From a virus (lineage: Duplodnaviria; Caudoviricetes): a stretch of DNA of 64,000 nt. Below are positions 46,484 through 57,020 of the stretch, one piece after another. Every line of letters starts with the position of its first letter. The first letter of the stretch is position 1. Made by a program: the position numbers and the translations under genes. The notes under the pieces are model-generated. The model was not told where the DNA came from. It saw nothing but the letters and a program-made list of their open reading frames with translations, and searched no databases. The stretch spans positions 27,965 to 91,964 of IMG/VR virus record IMGVR_UViG_3300017919_000016. One strand, written 5' to 3'.

Positions 46484-47749
46484 TTATTCTGCGCCTTGGA
46501 CTTCCTCTGGTTTTTCAACTTTACTGATATGAATTTTCTCACCATCGCGAAGCACATATACATCTTTGTCCGTTCCGACCTGTTCGATGAATCTTTTCAC
46601 AATCACGGTGGCATACTTGGGGTCAAGTTCTAGGGTGTAGGCGATCCGATCTATCTGCTCGCAGGCAATAAGAGTAGAACCACTTCCTCCAAAGAGGTCC
46701 ATAACAATTCCGTTGACCTGAGATGAGTTTTTAATGGGGTAGCAAAGAAGCGGAACTGGTTTCATCGTCGGATGCTCTCCATTTTTCTTTGGCCTGTCAT
46801 AATTCCAAACGGTGGTCTCAGATCTTCCTGTGAACCATTTGTGCTTTCCACCTCTAAGCCATCCGAAGAGAATCGGTTCATGGATCCAGTTGTATGGGCT
46901 TCTGCCAAGGACCAGAGAATTCTTCTTCCAGATACACACGCCACTTAAATGAAATCCTGCTTCAATAAAGGCCTTCCTGAAATTGAGCCCTTCCGTATCT
47001 GCATGGAAGACATAAATAGATCCTCCAGGTGCAGTATGCTCCGCCATGTTCTTAAAAGCTGCAAGCAAGAAACTATAGAAGGTGTCGTTATCTTGTTTAT
47101 CATTTTGAATCTTAAGACCGCTGGCACTCTCAAAATCCACATTGTAAGGCGGGTCCGTAAGAACTAGATTAGCCTTCTTCCCATCCATGAGCTTTTCAAC
47201 ATCTTCTGGTTTCGTGGCATCGCCACAAAGAAGACGGTGCCTTCCGAGGAGCCATACATCTCCCAGTTCAACAAAGGCCGCTTCCTCTAGCGCTTTGTTC
47301 ACATCGTAATCGTCTTCTTTAGCATCCTTATCATGAACCTGACTAAAGAGATCTTCAATTTCTGCTGCATCAAATCCAGTAAGCGTCACATCAAAGTCCT
47401 GAGCTTCCAAATCTTTAATGAGGTCAGCCAGAGCTTCAAACTCCCAGTCACCAGTGACTTTGTTTAGAGCCACATTGAGTGCCTTTTCCCTTTCAGAGCT
47501 CATCTTAACAATGACACATTCAACTTCCTTGTGGCCTTCTGCTACCAGCACCTTGTATCGTTGATGGCCTCCGACAATATTTCCCGTCTCTTCATTCCAG
47601 ATGATTGGCTCAACGTATCCGAACTCGGTCATAGACCGCTTTAGCTTTTCATAAGCGGGGTCTCCAGGCTTCAAATCTTTTCTTGGGTTATACTCTGCCG
47701 GGTTGATATCCGTCACCGGCACTTTTCTAATAATCATGTCCTGTTTCAT
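46484..47749 (-). CDS. ParB-domain N6/N4 DNA methyltransferase
   Basis: YNPR..GGHQR; DPPY; HPTMKP; DLFGGSGST. Confidence 0.94.
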   Translation of the reverse strand: MKQDMIIRKVPVTDINPAEYNPRKDLKPGDPAYEKLKRSMTEFGYVEPIIWNEETGNIVGGHQRYKVLVAEGHKEVECVIVKMSSEREKALNVALNKVTGDWEFEALADLIKDLEAQDFDVTLTGFDAAEIEDLFSQVHDKDAKEDDYDVNKALEEAAFVELGDVWLLGRHRLLCGDATKPEDVEKLMDGKKANLVLTDPPYNVDFESASGLKIQNDKQDNDTFYSFLLAAFKNMAEHTAPGGSIYVFHADTEGLNFRKAFIEAGFHLSGVCIWKKNSLVLGRSPYNWIHEPILFGWLRGGKHKWFTGRSETTVWNYDRPKKNGEHPTMKPVPLLCYPIKNSSQVNGIVMDLFGGSGSTLIACEQIDRIAYTLELDPKYATVIVKRFIEQVGTDKDVYVLRDGEKIHISKVEKPEEVQGAE

Positions 47750-47959
47750 CAGATTCCCTCCGTTTCTTAGCGTTAAAAAAGCCCTAGACCGAGGTCTATA
47801 GGCTAAATCTTATAAAAAACCGTAAGGAAACACCGGCTTTTCTAAGTTGTAATGGATTCACTTTGATTTGCTTTCTTGAAGATTCATGGGGCACTCTACC
47901 CTAGTATTTATGCGCTTACCAGCTGATTATCTCCCCTTGAATTTTGCGCATAATTTTTG

Positions 47960-48060
47960 GTATATACCCCCCTTTGGATTTTCGCGATTTTTCACAAAAG
48001 ACCCTGGCGCGTTGTCGCCCGGCCACTTCTGTAGAGATTCAGACCCCCTACCCCCTCGTG
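47960..48060 (-). other. Candidate cos / packaging site
   Basis: G-run-flanked GC-rich block directly after HNH, as in HNH/P27 cos phages. Confidence 0.5.
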
Positions 48061-48425
48061 GGTTTCGGATTGTTTCCGAAGCCTCCATCTTCTTCAGCAG
48101 TCTTCTTGGAGTGACAACTCTTACACAGGGGCTGCCAGTTGTTTTTGTTCCAGAAGAGCTTCCGGCCACCACCGTGTGGTTTGATGTGGTCCACCTCGGT
48201 TGCCGGAGTGAGTCTTCCTTCTCTCTCGCAGTGAACACACAGGGGATGCTTCTTAAGAAACTCCTTGCTGGCCTTTCGCCACTGATAGGTGTACATCTTT
48301 GCAGTCCTGTCGTTCTGCACCTTCACCATTTCTTTCTTGTGCTTCTCGCAGTATCTATCATGGGTCAGCGATTGACACCCAGGATAGTTACAGATGCTCT
48401 TTGGTTTCCAGGGCATCAATCTCAC
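48048..48425 (-). CDS. HNH endonuclease (terminase-associated)
   Basis: HPLCVHC, VDHIKPH, NWQPLCKSCH. Confidence 0.95.
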   Translation of the reverse strand: MRLMPWKPKSICNYPGCQSLTHDRYCEKHKKEMVKVQNDRTAKMYTYQWRKASKEFLKKHPLCVHCEREGRLTPATEVDHIKPHGGGRKLFWNKNNWQPLCKSCHSKKTAEEDGGFGNNPKPTRG

Positions 48426-48451
48426 CTCCCGTGAATATCAAAAGCTCCGGT

Positions 48452-48649
48452 CTACTGACCAGAGCCCACACTCTCTTTATCTTTAATTTTGAGTTTCATA
48501 TCTTCGATCAACTGATTCAACCAATCAGGCCCCAGCTTCTCAATCTCTTTTAGCTTTCTATGGTATTTACAATACTCATCATCAGGCTCAGCTTCTAACC
48601 TGCAATGGTCATAAGAGCAAAGTTTCTCTGACATCGTTTCTTCCCCCAA
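48452..48649 (-). CDS. Small hypothetical Cys/His protein
   Basis: C..C..YCKYH; first gene after the late promoter region. Confidence 0.6.
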   Translation of the reverse strand: MGEETMSEKLCSYDHCRLEAEPDDEYCKYHRKLKEIEKLGPDWLNQLIEDMKLKIKDKESVGSGQ

Positions 48650-48722
48650 TAAAAAAAGCCCTCGGTTTCCCTGGGCTTCATCGTTTATTCTTCTTCACAT
48701 CATATACTATATCAGATTCTCA

Positions 48723-48748
48723 ACTACACTTCACTACATTTTACTACA
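48723..48748. promoter_or_regulatory. Three ACTACA repeats at 10-bp period, putative ArpU/RinA late-activator site
   Basis: At 48723, 48733, 48743, at the 3' end of the activator gene. Confidence 0.65.
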
Positions 48749-49175
48749 CACTTTTCTTCTGACGCCTCAAAATTTTATTTATTTTCTTTAGCGCTTCACC
48801 GTGGATTCTAAAGATACCGCTGATACTGTACTGCATTTCCTCAGCGATCTCCTCCCACGACTTCCCACTGATATACCGCTTCACAAGAAGCAGCTCACAG
48901 TTCACATCATCCACCTCGCGGATGGTTTCAGCAATTTCTGATTTGAGCCTGATGAGCTCATTGATCTCATCATTGATCTCTACACTAAGATCGACGATTC
49001 GGACCAAGGTCTTTTCCATCTGACTCTTCTCGTTTGATGAATGCATGACTTTCACATCTGAAAAACAAGACGTCACTTTCATCGAAAGGCTCTTTAGAAC
49101 TTCCAGCTGTTCAAGTTTGCTATTGATTCGATTATTTAGTTTGTATGCTTGGTTCAAATATTCCTTAGCATTCAT
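48744..49175 (-). CDS. ArpU/RinA-type late transcriptional activator
   Basis: AKEYL.Q; LL..RY..SWEEIA..M.YS..IH..AL. Confidence 0.88.
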   Translation of the reverse strand: MNAKEYLNQAYKLNNRINSKLEQLEVLKSLSMKVTSCFSDVKVMHSSNEKSQMEKTLVRIVDLSVEINDEINELIRLKSEIAETIREVDDVNCELLLVKRYISGKSWEEIAEEMQYSISGIFRIHGEALKKINKILRRQKKSV

Positions 49176-49399
49176 TTGCGTTCCTCCACTTCATCGAGTA
49201 GTTTCATGTTTCCTCTGTAGTAGAGTTCGATGATATTTACTCGCACTTTCCGATCAAGACCTTTTATTCTTCGAAATACCTTTTGTTGATCCTGATGCGC
49301 CCTCTCTCTAGATTTGTAAAAGTTGCATCCCTCGCAATCCTGGACCTTAAGAGCAGAACACTTGTCGTCAACAAAAGCAAAACACTCTCGCTTTATCAC
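49172..49399 (-). CDS. Hypothetical Cys-rich phage protein
   Basis: CFAF..C.AL..C..C.FYK. Confidence 0.75.
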   Translation of the reverse strand: MIKRECFAFVDDKCSALKVQDCEGCNFYKSRERAHQDQQKVFRRIKGLDRKVRVNIIELYYRGNMKLLDEVEERK

Positions 49400-49842
49400 C
49401 CTTTTGGTCCCCCTTTCTCAAGACACTCATTCGTAAAATATCTGATAGGAATATTCCACCTCTTGGCTTTTGCAATCTCCACACTCATTCCAGAGGAGAT
49501 TCTATTCCCAAAGACCCATAGCTCGTGGCATTTACTTAGTAGGACTAGTCCCATATCAATACCAAGTTTTCGTTCTTCAGGATCGTCTTCCTCTAGGAAC
49601 TGTGGATACATCAAATGCGGGATAATCGGTACAGCTTTCTCAGTCACTGCAAATCTCCCGTATCTTCTAGCTCGTCTAATATTTCCTTCGATGTCACCCG
49701 CAAAGGGGCTGCAGATGAACACGATCTTCTTTTTCTTTCTTTGCTTTTCTTCTTTTTCGATATTAGTCAATGCCTCATAAACCGTTGGATCATAATAGCC
49801 TTCAGCATTAAATTTATTTACACTCATTTTTACTTCCTCCAT
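49396..49842 (-). CDS. DUF4406 / nucleoside deoxyribosyltransferase-like protein
   Basis: FICSPFAGD, PHL, C.ELWVFG..S.GM..EI. Confidence 0.8.
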   Translation of the reverse strand: MEEVKMSVNKFNAEGYYDPTVYEALTNIEKEEKQRKKKKIVFICSPFAGDIEGNIRRARRYGRFAVTEKAVPIIPHLMYPQFLEEDDPEERKLGIDMGLVLLSKCHELWVFGNRISSGMSVEIAKAKRWNIPIRYFTNECLEKGGPKG

Positions 49843-51241
49843 TTCTCAAGTTCTCTATTCTCGCTTTTACCGCGTCAATCAATGCATTCTGACTTGTGTC
49901 TTTATTATCTAGCGCCATCATTACTCGCTGGTCAATCGTATCTCTTGCTAGTATGTGGTGGATCACAACCGTGCTCTTCTGTCCCTGTCGCCATAGTCTG
50001 GCATTAGCTTGCTGGTATAGTTCTAGGCTCCAGGTAACACTAAACCAAATGATAGTGGACCCACCTTCTTGAAGGTTGAGCCCGTGCCCAGCTGATGCTG
50101 GATGGCAAAGAGCGATCTTCATCTCCCCTCGGTTCCATCTGGCAATGTCCTCCGAGGTATTGATGTCTCCTGCATCAAATCTCTCTTTGATTCTGTCGCG
50201 TTCATGTTTGAACCCGTAATAGATCAAGACTGGTTTCCCATTTGCAGCTTCAACAAGATCCTCTAAAGCATCCAGCTTACGGTCGTGAATCTGGTGTACA
50301 TCTTGGTACTCGTCATAGACCGTCCCGCCCGACATCTGCAGGAGCTTGTTTGAAAGCACCGCAGCATTAGCAGCATCCACATCACTATCCTCAAGAGGAA
50401 GAAGCAGATCTCTCTCAAGCTTTCGGTACATTTTCATTTCCTTTTCTGAAAGCTCCACTTCTATTTTGTTGAAGATGATCTCCGGCATTTTTAGGTACTC
50501 TAGAGCTTTCATGCTGATGCAGATATCAGAAATCTTTTCATAGATCTTTTCCTCCGCATCATCGTTCAGTGCATAGTCCGCAGGTATGCCACCGTTCACA
50601 TATTTCTGAGGATGAAAATATCTACTGCGGTACCCGCTGAAGGTTCTTCCAAGTCGTTCACCGCCATCCAGAAGATAAACCTGGCTCCAAATATCTAAAA
50701 GGCCGTTGGGAGCCGGAGTACCAGTCAAACCTACGATTCTTTTGATCTTGTGCCTTACCTTTTTGAGCGCTCTGAACCTCTTAGCTGAAGGTGATTTGAA
50801 ACTTGAAAGTTCATCGATAATCACCATGTCAAAGGGCCAGTCGTTTTTATAAAAGTCCACAAGCCAGGGAACATTCTCTCTGTTAATGGTGTAGATATCC
50901 GCTTTCTTATAAAGGGCCATAGTCCGCTCCTTTGCGCTACCGAGGACCCTTGATACCCTTAAGTTTTTCAGATGCTTCCACTTCAGGACCTCGTCAATCC
51001 AGGTTGTATTTGCCACCCTCAGAGGAGCGATCACTAAGACCTTTGACACTTCAAACCGGTCATGGAGGAGATCAACAAGAGCGGTTAAAGTAATCACACT
51101 CTTACCAAGTCCCATGTCCAGGAACAGTCCCGCCGATGTTTTCTCCAAAATAAACTCTGTGCAGTGGATCTGATATTCATGAGGGTGGTACGGTATCCTT
51201 GATTTAGGTAGTACTACTTCCGGCAATGCCATCCACCACAC
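49814..51241 (-). CDS. SNF2-family helicase
   Basis: DMGLGKS, IDELS, LTGTP, GHGLNLQ, QANARLWRQGQ. Confidence 0.95.
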   Translation of the reverse strand: MWWMALPEVVLPKSRIPYHPHEYQIHCTEFILEKTSAGLFLDMGLGKSVITLTALVDLLHDRFEVSKVLVIAPLRVANTTWIDEVLKWKHLKNLRVSRVLGSAKERTMALYKKADIYTINRENVPWLVDFYKNDWPFDMVIIDELSSFKSPSAKRFRALKKVRHKIKRIVGLTGTPAPNGLLDIWSQVYLLDGGERLGRTFSGYRSRYFHPQKYVNGGIPADYALNDDAEEKIYEKISDICISMKALEYLKMPEIIFNKIEVELSEKEMKMYRKLERDLLLPLEDSDVDAANAAVLSNKLLQMSGGTVYDEYQDVHQIHDRKLDALEDLVEAANGKPVLIYYGFKHERDRIKERFDAGDINTSEDIARWNRGEMKIALCHPASAGHGLNLQEGGSTIIWFSVTWSLELYQQANARLWRQGQKSTVVIHHILARDTIDQRVMMALDNKDTSQNALIDAVKARIENLRNGGSKNECK

Positions 51242-51494
51242 CTCCTATGTCTGCTGGCCTGTCCAGGCAATAAACCAAAAACCCTAGCCCTTCCAGCTCA
51301 CCTTTTCGCTTTATCTGGTTCGGTCTCATCTTCTTTCCTGGTGCCTTCACCTCAACAAATCCCGCCCGGCCCCCGGGCAGTAGCACTAACCGATCAGGCA
51401 CTCCATTTATTCCAGGGGAGATAAACTTAAAAGCTCTCCCACCTCTTCTTTTCACTTCTCTCACGAGCATCAGCTCAAGTTCTTTTTCTGTCAT
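51204..51494 (-). CDS. VRR-NUC nuclease
   Basis: GVPDR..FVEVK. Confidence 0.93.
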   Translation of the reverse strand: MTEKELELMLVREVKRRGGRAFKFISPGINGVPDRLVLLPGGRAGFVEVKAPGKKMRPNQIKRKGELEGLGFLVYCLDRPADIGGVVDGIAGSSTT

Positions 51495-51589
51495 GTCTTA
51501 CACCTCAATTTCTATTGCTTTCAGATTTCCGTCTCAAGTTTCAAGCTCCACTACATATTTCATAATTTCTGTTTACACTTCATCGTTAA

Positions 51590-51890
51590 TAGCTGGTGGT
51601 ATAAAAAGGTGGTATATAGTACTTTAAAACTCTTACGCGCGTAGGTAGGCGATTTACCTATTATTCTTATAAACTTAAAACTTCAATATGGCTATCTACC
51701 ACTTCTACCACTACCGTGCCGAACACATTGATTTACAAAGGTTTGCCTTGGTGGTAGATGTCAGTGGGATGAAGCTTTTCAGACTACCACATACCACTTT
51801 TGCAGTTTCAACTCTTGCCGCTTGGTAGCACCATATACCACCAAGCAGGTGGCTATCGACCACCTTTTCATAGACCCCTATTTCATAGAC
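51590..51890. repeat. Putative replication origin with TACCAC/GTGGTA iterons in both orientations
   Basis: Non-coding gap after primase with multiple TACCAC/GTGGTA copies and an AT-rich core. Confidence 0.6.
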
Positions 51891-51942
51891 CACTTCTTCT
51901 GAGTGATTCCTTTATCTCATTAACATCTTTATCAGCTGCATC

Positions 51943-54390
51943 TTACTCATTTTCAGAATCGGTGTCTTCATCTCGAACAAATGCCCGTTGAGAATCATAA
52001 ATCGGAAACTTGATATTTCCTCGCTTGTTTCCGTCATATCGCTTCCATCCACCAATCCTCATAAGAATCGCTTCTATTTCGTAAGAGTCTGTTCTACGAA
52101 TGGTGTTTCTCTCTTTACCAAAACACTCGCACCAAATTTCTAAGCAGCAGACGCGATCTCTTCGATTGGCTCCTTCAGGTACGGTTTCGCCAAAATCGCT
52201 CTCACCAGCCAGATAACTGCGTCTTTCGTAAATGTCCATCTTTGGCCACTTATCAGGAAGAAGCTTCTCTAGGTATTGCTCAACTAAACCTTCACGATCA
52301 TCTGCTTCCATGGCATCTCGCTGTTCTTCATAGGCCATTTTCACTTCATCACCGATCAGGATTAGTGGTTCGCCAGCTTTGTATTTTTCAAGAGCTTCAG
52401 CCCATATCTGGTCAATGTCCGTCATCTCCCATACCTTTTTCTTTCCGTGGTTCACTCTTACCGGCCAAAATCTCCTGTTTCCGGTGACATCTCTCAAAAA
52501 ACCACTGGTACTGTTGGTGCTTCCGACGATAACGCTCTGCCTTGGATGACTTTCAACATTGATGCCATAGCTTTGTCTGAACTTATCATCCGTCCTGGTA
52601 ATGAATGACTTCACCGTCTCAACATCGATCTTGCGTAGACCCGCAAGCTCACCTAGCTCAAGGATCCAATAACCCTGAAGCTTTTCTGCCCCTGCTTTAT
52701 CGCGCATATCGGATACGGTTAGACTGTCAGAGAACCATTTCCCGCCTAGTTTGGCAAAGAAGGTAGACTTCCCAATTCCCTGCGGACCATTCAGTACTAA
52801 GATGTAATCAAATTTTGTTCCCGGCTCATATACTCTTGCCACTGCTGCTACTAATGTCTTTCTCATCACTGCTCTTGTGTACGGGTTATCCTCGGCACCT
52901 AGATAGTCGATCAGTAGCGTATCAAGTCTCTCGGTTCCGTCCCAAACCGGCAGCCCCTCCAGATATTCTTTGATAGGGTGAAACACCCGCTCTGATGCAG
53001 CGGTTAAGAGGGCATCCTTAATCTTTGCCGGTGACCAGATCCCGTAATGCTTATCAAAGTACATTTTGAGATTGGCAAGGTCCGAGTCATTCCATCCAGG
53101 TTTGACCTGCTTCCAGGGAAGCTTCCCGTTGACATCTAGTAGATGGGTCATCTGGTTATAAGCCACACCTTTAAGTCTTGGATCGTTTCTGATGATTGTC
53201 AGAATGTTAGTAGGTGTATCTTTAATCGTTCCATTCTTATTCACTTCAAGCTTTAGTTGCCAGGTAAGATCCACCTCACCCTCCTCTGGTTCGGTTTTAG
53301 AGGTGTCCTGATTTTCTTGAGAATCGACCTCTTCATCTAGCGTCTCAAACTCTCTATTGATCTCGTCTTCCCGCTCCTTAGCTAGTTGTCGTTTTACGTT
53401 TTCATCTTCAGAACAAAACTCAAGCATGGCCGTTACTGAGGGAAGCTGCTTCTTTTCGTCTGCGGCTTCATCTAGGTCACCAAATCGGTGGATCCTCACA
53501 AGGTCAAAAGCATTACAGAGATGACCACATGCAGGATCCGTCGCGTGATGAGAGTAGACATACTTTCCACTATAGATGACAACACCTGCTGTGGAATCCG
53601 CCGGAATATAATCGTAACGCTCTGGCATGACACTTGGCTGGTAGACATCTGAAAGAAACGCCTCGATGGCCTCTTCTATGGTGTAGCTCCTACAGAAAGC
53701 CCCAATCAACCCTTCTTTTCTGATAGGATCTGCCTGTTTTTTCATCAGCTTATCTAACAATTTGGTTTGTCTTGATGACACCGGCCATGATGACGTGTCC
53801 TGCCAGTTGTCGTATAGCTTTAAGATGCTATCAGGATTTAAGAAGCTTCCTTTGATTTCCCTAAAGAAATACTCTCCATCACTGGATGTACTTGGCCAGT
53901 ACATGAGCCTATTAGGTTCGTAGGTGGTATCATCGAAAAGCTCAATACCGATTTCTTTTGCGATCCTTCTGCTGATCGCTTGATACTCATCAGCTGTCAC
54001 TGTTCTCGATAGTGGAATGATCAGCCTGAGTCTTGGCTTCTCTGGTGTATGTTTGTGGGTGGAGTAGATTACTGCCGCGTAACCATAGAGCATTTCCATG
54101 TTCTCAGCTATAACCACCGCATCATCTGCGTGGTCCATATCAAGACTTAGCATGGACCGATTCATGACGCTGGCTTTGGTCCTTCTTCCATCTTTTAGCT
54201 GACCGGCTACAAAGCCGCCCACATCTTTCACATTGTCCTGCTGATACTTCTTCATCTTTCGATACTCTTCCTGAGTTTCACTGGTGACGGTTGTTCGGGA
54301 GAGTCTTTTTGCAAACTCCTCCCAGGACACCGTCTGCTCCTTCCAGAAAATATCTTTACGGCTGTTGCCTGTTGAAATGATAAATATCAT
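51943..54390 (-). CDS. Primase-helicase (virulence-associated E / VirE family)
   Basis: LDMD..STHKH..PRLR primase domain; GPQGIGKST; TGNRRFWPV. Confidence 0.94.
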   Translation of the reverse strand: MIFIISTGNSRKDIFWKEQTVSWEEFAKRLSRTTVTSETQEEYRKMKKYQQDNVKDVGGFVAGQLKDGRRTKASVMNRSMLSLDMDHADDAVVIAENMEMLYGYAAVIYSTHKHTPEKPRLRLIIPLSRTVTADEYQAISRRIAKEIGIELFDDTTYEPNRLMYWPSTSSDGEYFFREIKGSFLNPDSILKLYDNWQDTSSWPVSSRQTKLLDKLMKKQADPIRKEGLIGAFCRSYTIEEAIEAFLSDVYQPSVMPERYDYIPADSTAGVVIYSGKYVYSHHATDPACGHLCNAFDLVRIHRFGDLDEAADEKKQLPSVTAMLEFCSEDENVKRQLAKEREDEINREFETLDEEVDSQENQDTSKTEPEEGEVDLTWQLKLEVNKNGTIKDTPTNILTIIRNDPRLKGVAYNQMTHLLDVNGKLPWKQVKPGWNDSDLANLKMYFDKHYGIWSPAKIKDALLTAASERVFHPIKEYLEGLPVWDGTERLDTLLIDYLGAEDNPYTRAVMRKTLVAAVARVYEPGTKFDYILVLNGPQGIGKSTFFAKLGGKWFSDSLTVSDMRDKAGAEKLQGYWILELGELAGLRKIDVETVKSFITRTDDKFRQSYGINVESHPRQSVIVGSTNSTSGFLRDVTGNRRFWPVRVNHGKKKVWEMTDIDQIWAEALEKYKAGEPLILIGDEVKMAYEEQRDAMEADDREGLVEQYLEKLLPDKWPKMDIYERRSYLAGESDFGETVPEGANRRDRVCCLEIWCECFGKERNTIRRTDSYEIEAILMRIGGWKRYDGNKRGNIKFPIYDSQRAFVRDEDTDSENE

Positions 54391-54436
54391 GGCGTCCTCC
54401 TTCTTTCTTGATCAATGAGGGTTGTATGCTCAATTC

Positions 54437-54610
54437 TTACTCGATACAGTCGGGGCAAATATCTAACCATTCACCTTCGACCCTCTTGCTCTTCCATCCA
54501 ATATCTTCTCTAGCATCTATTGCATCTTGAAAATACTCATACTCTTCGTCAGCTTGTGCTCCACATATGTCGCAACTCAAAATGCACTTCCCGTACTCTT
54601 TTGAGATCAT
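54437..54610 (-). CDS. 57-aa Zn-finger protein (absent from ORF track)
   Basis: MISKEYGKCILSCDICG..GW..DICPDCIE*; abuts upstream stop codon. Confidence 0.75.
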   Translation of the reverse strand: MISKEYGKCILSCDICGAQADEEYEYFQDAIDAREDIGWKSKRVEGEWLDICPDCIE

Positions 54611-54979
54611 CTATCTTTCCTCGCTTTCAGTTTCACTGTGATGGCTTTTTTTATAGTTCAGATACGCCTCAGCCATCACCTCGAAGACGTCCGCCATCTT
54701 TTCAAAATCTTCTTCTGTTGCCTTACTCATGTAACTAAGTCCCGCATCTGCTTTAGCGATTTCTTTAATAGCATCTAGTATCTTATGAGTAAAGAAACCA
54801 CAATCGAACTTCGCAGTTTTAAAAACATCTCGGTACTTTTTTCTGACTTCTCCATATCTTCCTGTAGTGAAGTTGGCCCTATCTCCTAAAGTGAGCTGGG
54901 CCTTTTCTAGTTGTTTTTTCACTTCCGCTTGAATGAACTGTTCTAGATCAATCATGTCATTTATCTGCATCTCACTCAT
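54611..54979 (-). CDS. Hypothetical protein
   Basis: GGAGG RBS, 122 aa. Confidence 0.75.
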   Translation of the reverse strand: MSEMQINDMIDLEQFIQAEVKKQLEKAQLTLGDRANFTTGRYGEVRKKYRDVFKTAKFDCGFFTHKILDAIKEIAKADAGLSYMSKATEEDFEKMADVFEVMAEAYLNYKKSHHSETESEER

Positions 54980-55031
54980 TTGCGTAACCTCCCTTTTTTA
55001 ATCTGATTTCCGATATCTGATCATGTGTGTT

Positions 55032-56987
55032 TTAATCCTTCTGGTAAAAATCGCATTCATAACCATCTGCATCTAGAGGTAATCCTTCCGACCACTTGGG
55101 GCTTTCGCTCATAATGCTGCATATTTCTTCTACGCTGGACTCACCTACTGGCACTTCGCAAATCACCTCGTCATGCACATGAGCGACAATGACAAACCCA
55201 GCTTTATCAAGTCTTAGCATGGCCTCAGCCAGAAGATCTCTTGATGCAGCTTGTACAATGTTCTCCACAATCTTCGGTCCATAGGTCTCTATCCTCTCCC
55301 ACTTTTTCGTGGTTCCGATGCCTTCATAGGTCAAACCCTCTCGTCCGAATTTATTCAGCATGAGCTTTGGCTTCACGTAGACCAGGTCACGACCTGAGGG
55401 TAATGTGACGAAAAGCATACCGCTTTTATAGGTGAAGACAATACCGTGAGTTCTAGTTCTGGTTCTCTCCTTCACTGCCTTGATGGCCATCTTGTCAACT
55501 TCCCACCAGAAGTTCACGATGTGGGGATTGGCCCTCCGCCAGTTGTCGATCAGTCCTTGCAGTTCGTTTTCTTCAACGCCCATCTCCAAGGCGCCCATGG
55601 ATTTAAGTGCTCCAACGCCTCCACCATAACCGCAGGCAAGTTCAGAGATTTTACCCTTTTGCCTCAGTGGACTGCCTTTTGTGATCTCCTCTATGGGTAC
55701 ATGAAACATCTGTGATGCAGACGCCTCATAGATCTTTCCATGTGACTGGAACACTTCAAGTCTCCATTTCTCACCGGCGAGCCAGGATAGGACCCTCGCT
55801 TCTATGGCTGAAAAGTCTGCTACAATAAACCGGTGACCATCCTTTGGAATAAAGGCGGTTCTTATAAGTTCTGACAGTACCCCAGGTGTATTTCCAAAGA
55901 GCATCTGCAGATCATCAAAACGTCCTTCTTTGACTAGATCCCTAGCAAGCTTTAAGTCCACAAGGTGGTTCTGTGGGAGGTTTTGGACTTGCACCAGCCT
56001 CCCGGCAAACCGGCCTGTTCGATTAGCTCCATAGAACTGAAAGAGCCCGTGGACTCTGCCATCTGAACACACCGCCCTTTCAATGGCTTCATATTTTCTG
56101 ACACTGGTCTTGGCCATGAGGAGCCGTAGCTTTAGTGCTTCTTCCACTTCACCCTCAGTTTCACTGACCAGCTCTTTTACATTCTTCTTTGAAAGACTCT
56201 CCACTTCCACGCCACGCTCTGACAGCCAGTCCTTGAGTTGTGATACGGAATTTGGGTTCTCTAGGCCAGTCAGTTCATAGGCTCTTTCTGTGGCCGCAAC
56301 AGTAAACTGATGATCACAAGAAATGGCCTGCATGACGAAATCCATATCCGCCCTAAAGCCTCGATCATTAATTCGTTGGTCTAGTTCATAGAGGGCTTGT
56401 TCTGATTCTGGAATGGGGTAGTCTTTAATCTTCTTTCTGATTTCCAGTTCAACTTCTACGTCTCTGATGTTGTAATGCTTGAAGAGCTCCCATTTGTCCG
56501 GTGCATCTGATGGAAGGTTTCTGGTTCTCCCACCATTGGCGGCTGTTGGCTTGCAGGGAATACAGAAGTATCTGATCAGTGGTTTTCCCTCTGACATCTT
56601 TTGCGCGTCAAGCCTTAGCACTTTAGCTACTCCCTCAAGGTGGAGAGGAAGTCCAAGCATTGCTGCCTGAACCTCACTGCACCGCCACGAAGATGGATTA
56701 AGATACACATTCTTATAGAGCTTTCGACTGAGATATCTCATAAGAGCCACTCGTTCAAAGTTGGCGTTAAAGGCTGTCTTGATGATGTCTTCATTTAGAA
56801 TGGCTTCAACGATTTCTTCAGGTAACTCCTCACCACTGGCAAGGTCAATTAGCTGAACTGGACCTTCATCAACGCTGTAGGCAAAGAGCAGAATCTCGAA
56901 ATTTGGACTATCGGTGTAGCGGTAAACACCACACTTTCCAAGGTCAGTATCTGAAAATGTCTCAATGTCGATGGATAAAATCTTCAT
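55032..56987 (-). CDS. Phage DNA polymerase, family A
   Basis: DIET exonuclease, RTGR, DFSAIEAR, RQKGK..L..GYG, HVHDE. Confidence 0.96.
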   Translation of the reverse strand: MKILSIDIETFSDTDLGKCGVYRYTDSPNFEILLFAYSVDEGPVQLIDLASGEELPEEIVEAILNEDIIKTAFNANFERVALMRYLSRKLYKNVYLNPSSWRCSEVQAAMLGLPLHLEGVAKVLRLDAQKMSEGKPLIRYFCIPCKPTAANGGRTRNLPSDAPDKWELFKHYNIRDVEVELEIRKKIKDYPIPESEQALYELDQRINDRGFRADMDFVMQAISCDHQFTVAATERAYELTGLENPNSVSQLKDWLSERGVEVESLSKKNVKELVSETEGEVEEALKLRLLMAKTSVRKYEAIERAVCSDGRVHGLFQFYGANRTGRFAGRLVQVQNLPQNHLVDLKLARDLVKEGRFDDLQMLFGNTPGVLSELIRTAFIPKDGHRFIVADFSAIEARVLSWLAGEKWRLEVFQSHGKIYEASASQMFHVPIEEITKGSPLRQKGKISELACGYGGGVGALKSMGALEMGVEENELQGLIDNWRRANPHIVNFWWEVDKMAIKAVKERTRTRTHGIVFTYKSGMLFVTLPSGRDLVYVKPKLMLNKFGREGLTYEGIGTTKKWERIETYGPKIVENIVQAASRDLLAEAMLRLDKAGFVIVAHVHDEVICEVPVGESSVEEICSIMSESPKWSEGLPLDADGYECDFYQKD

Positions 56988-57020
56988 GGGTTTACCACCT
57001 CCTCTCTGGCCCTAGATTGA

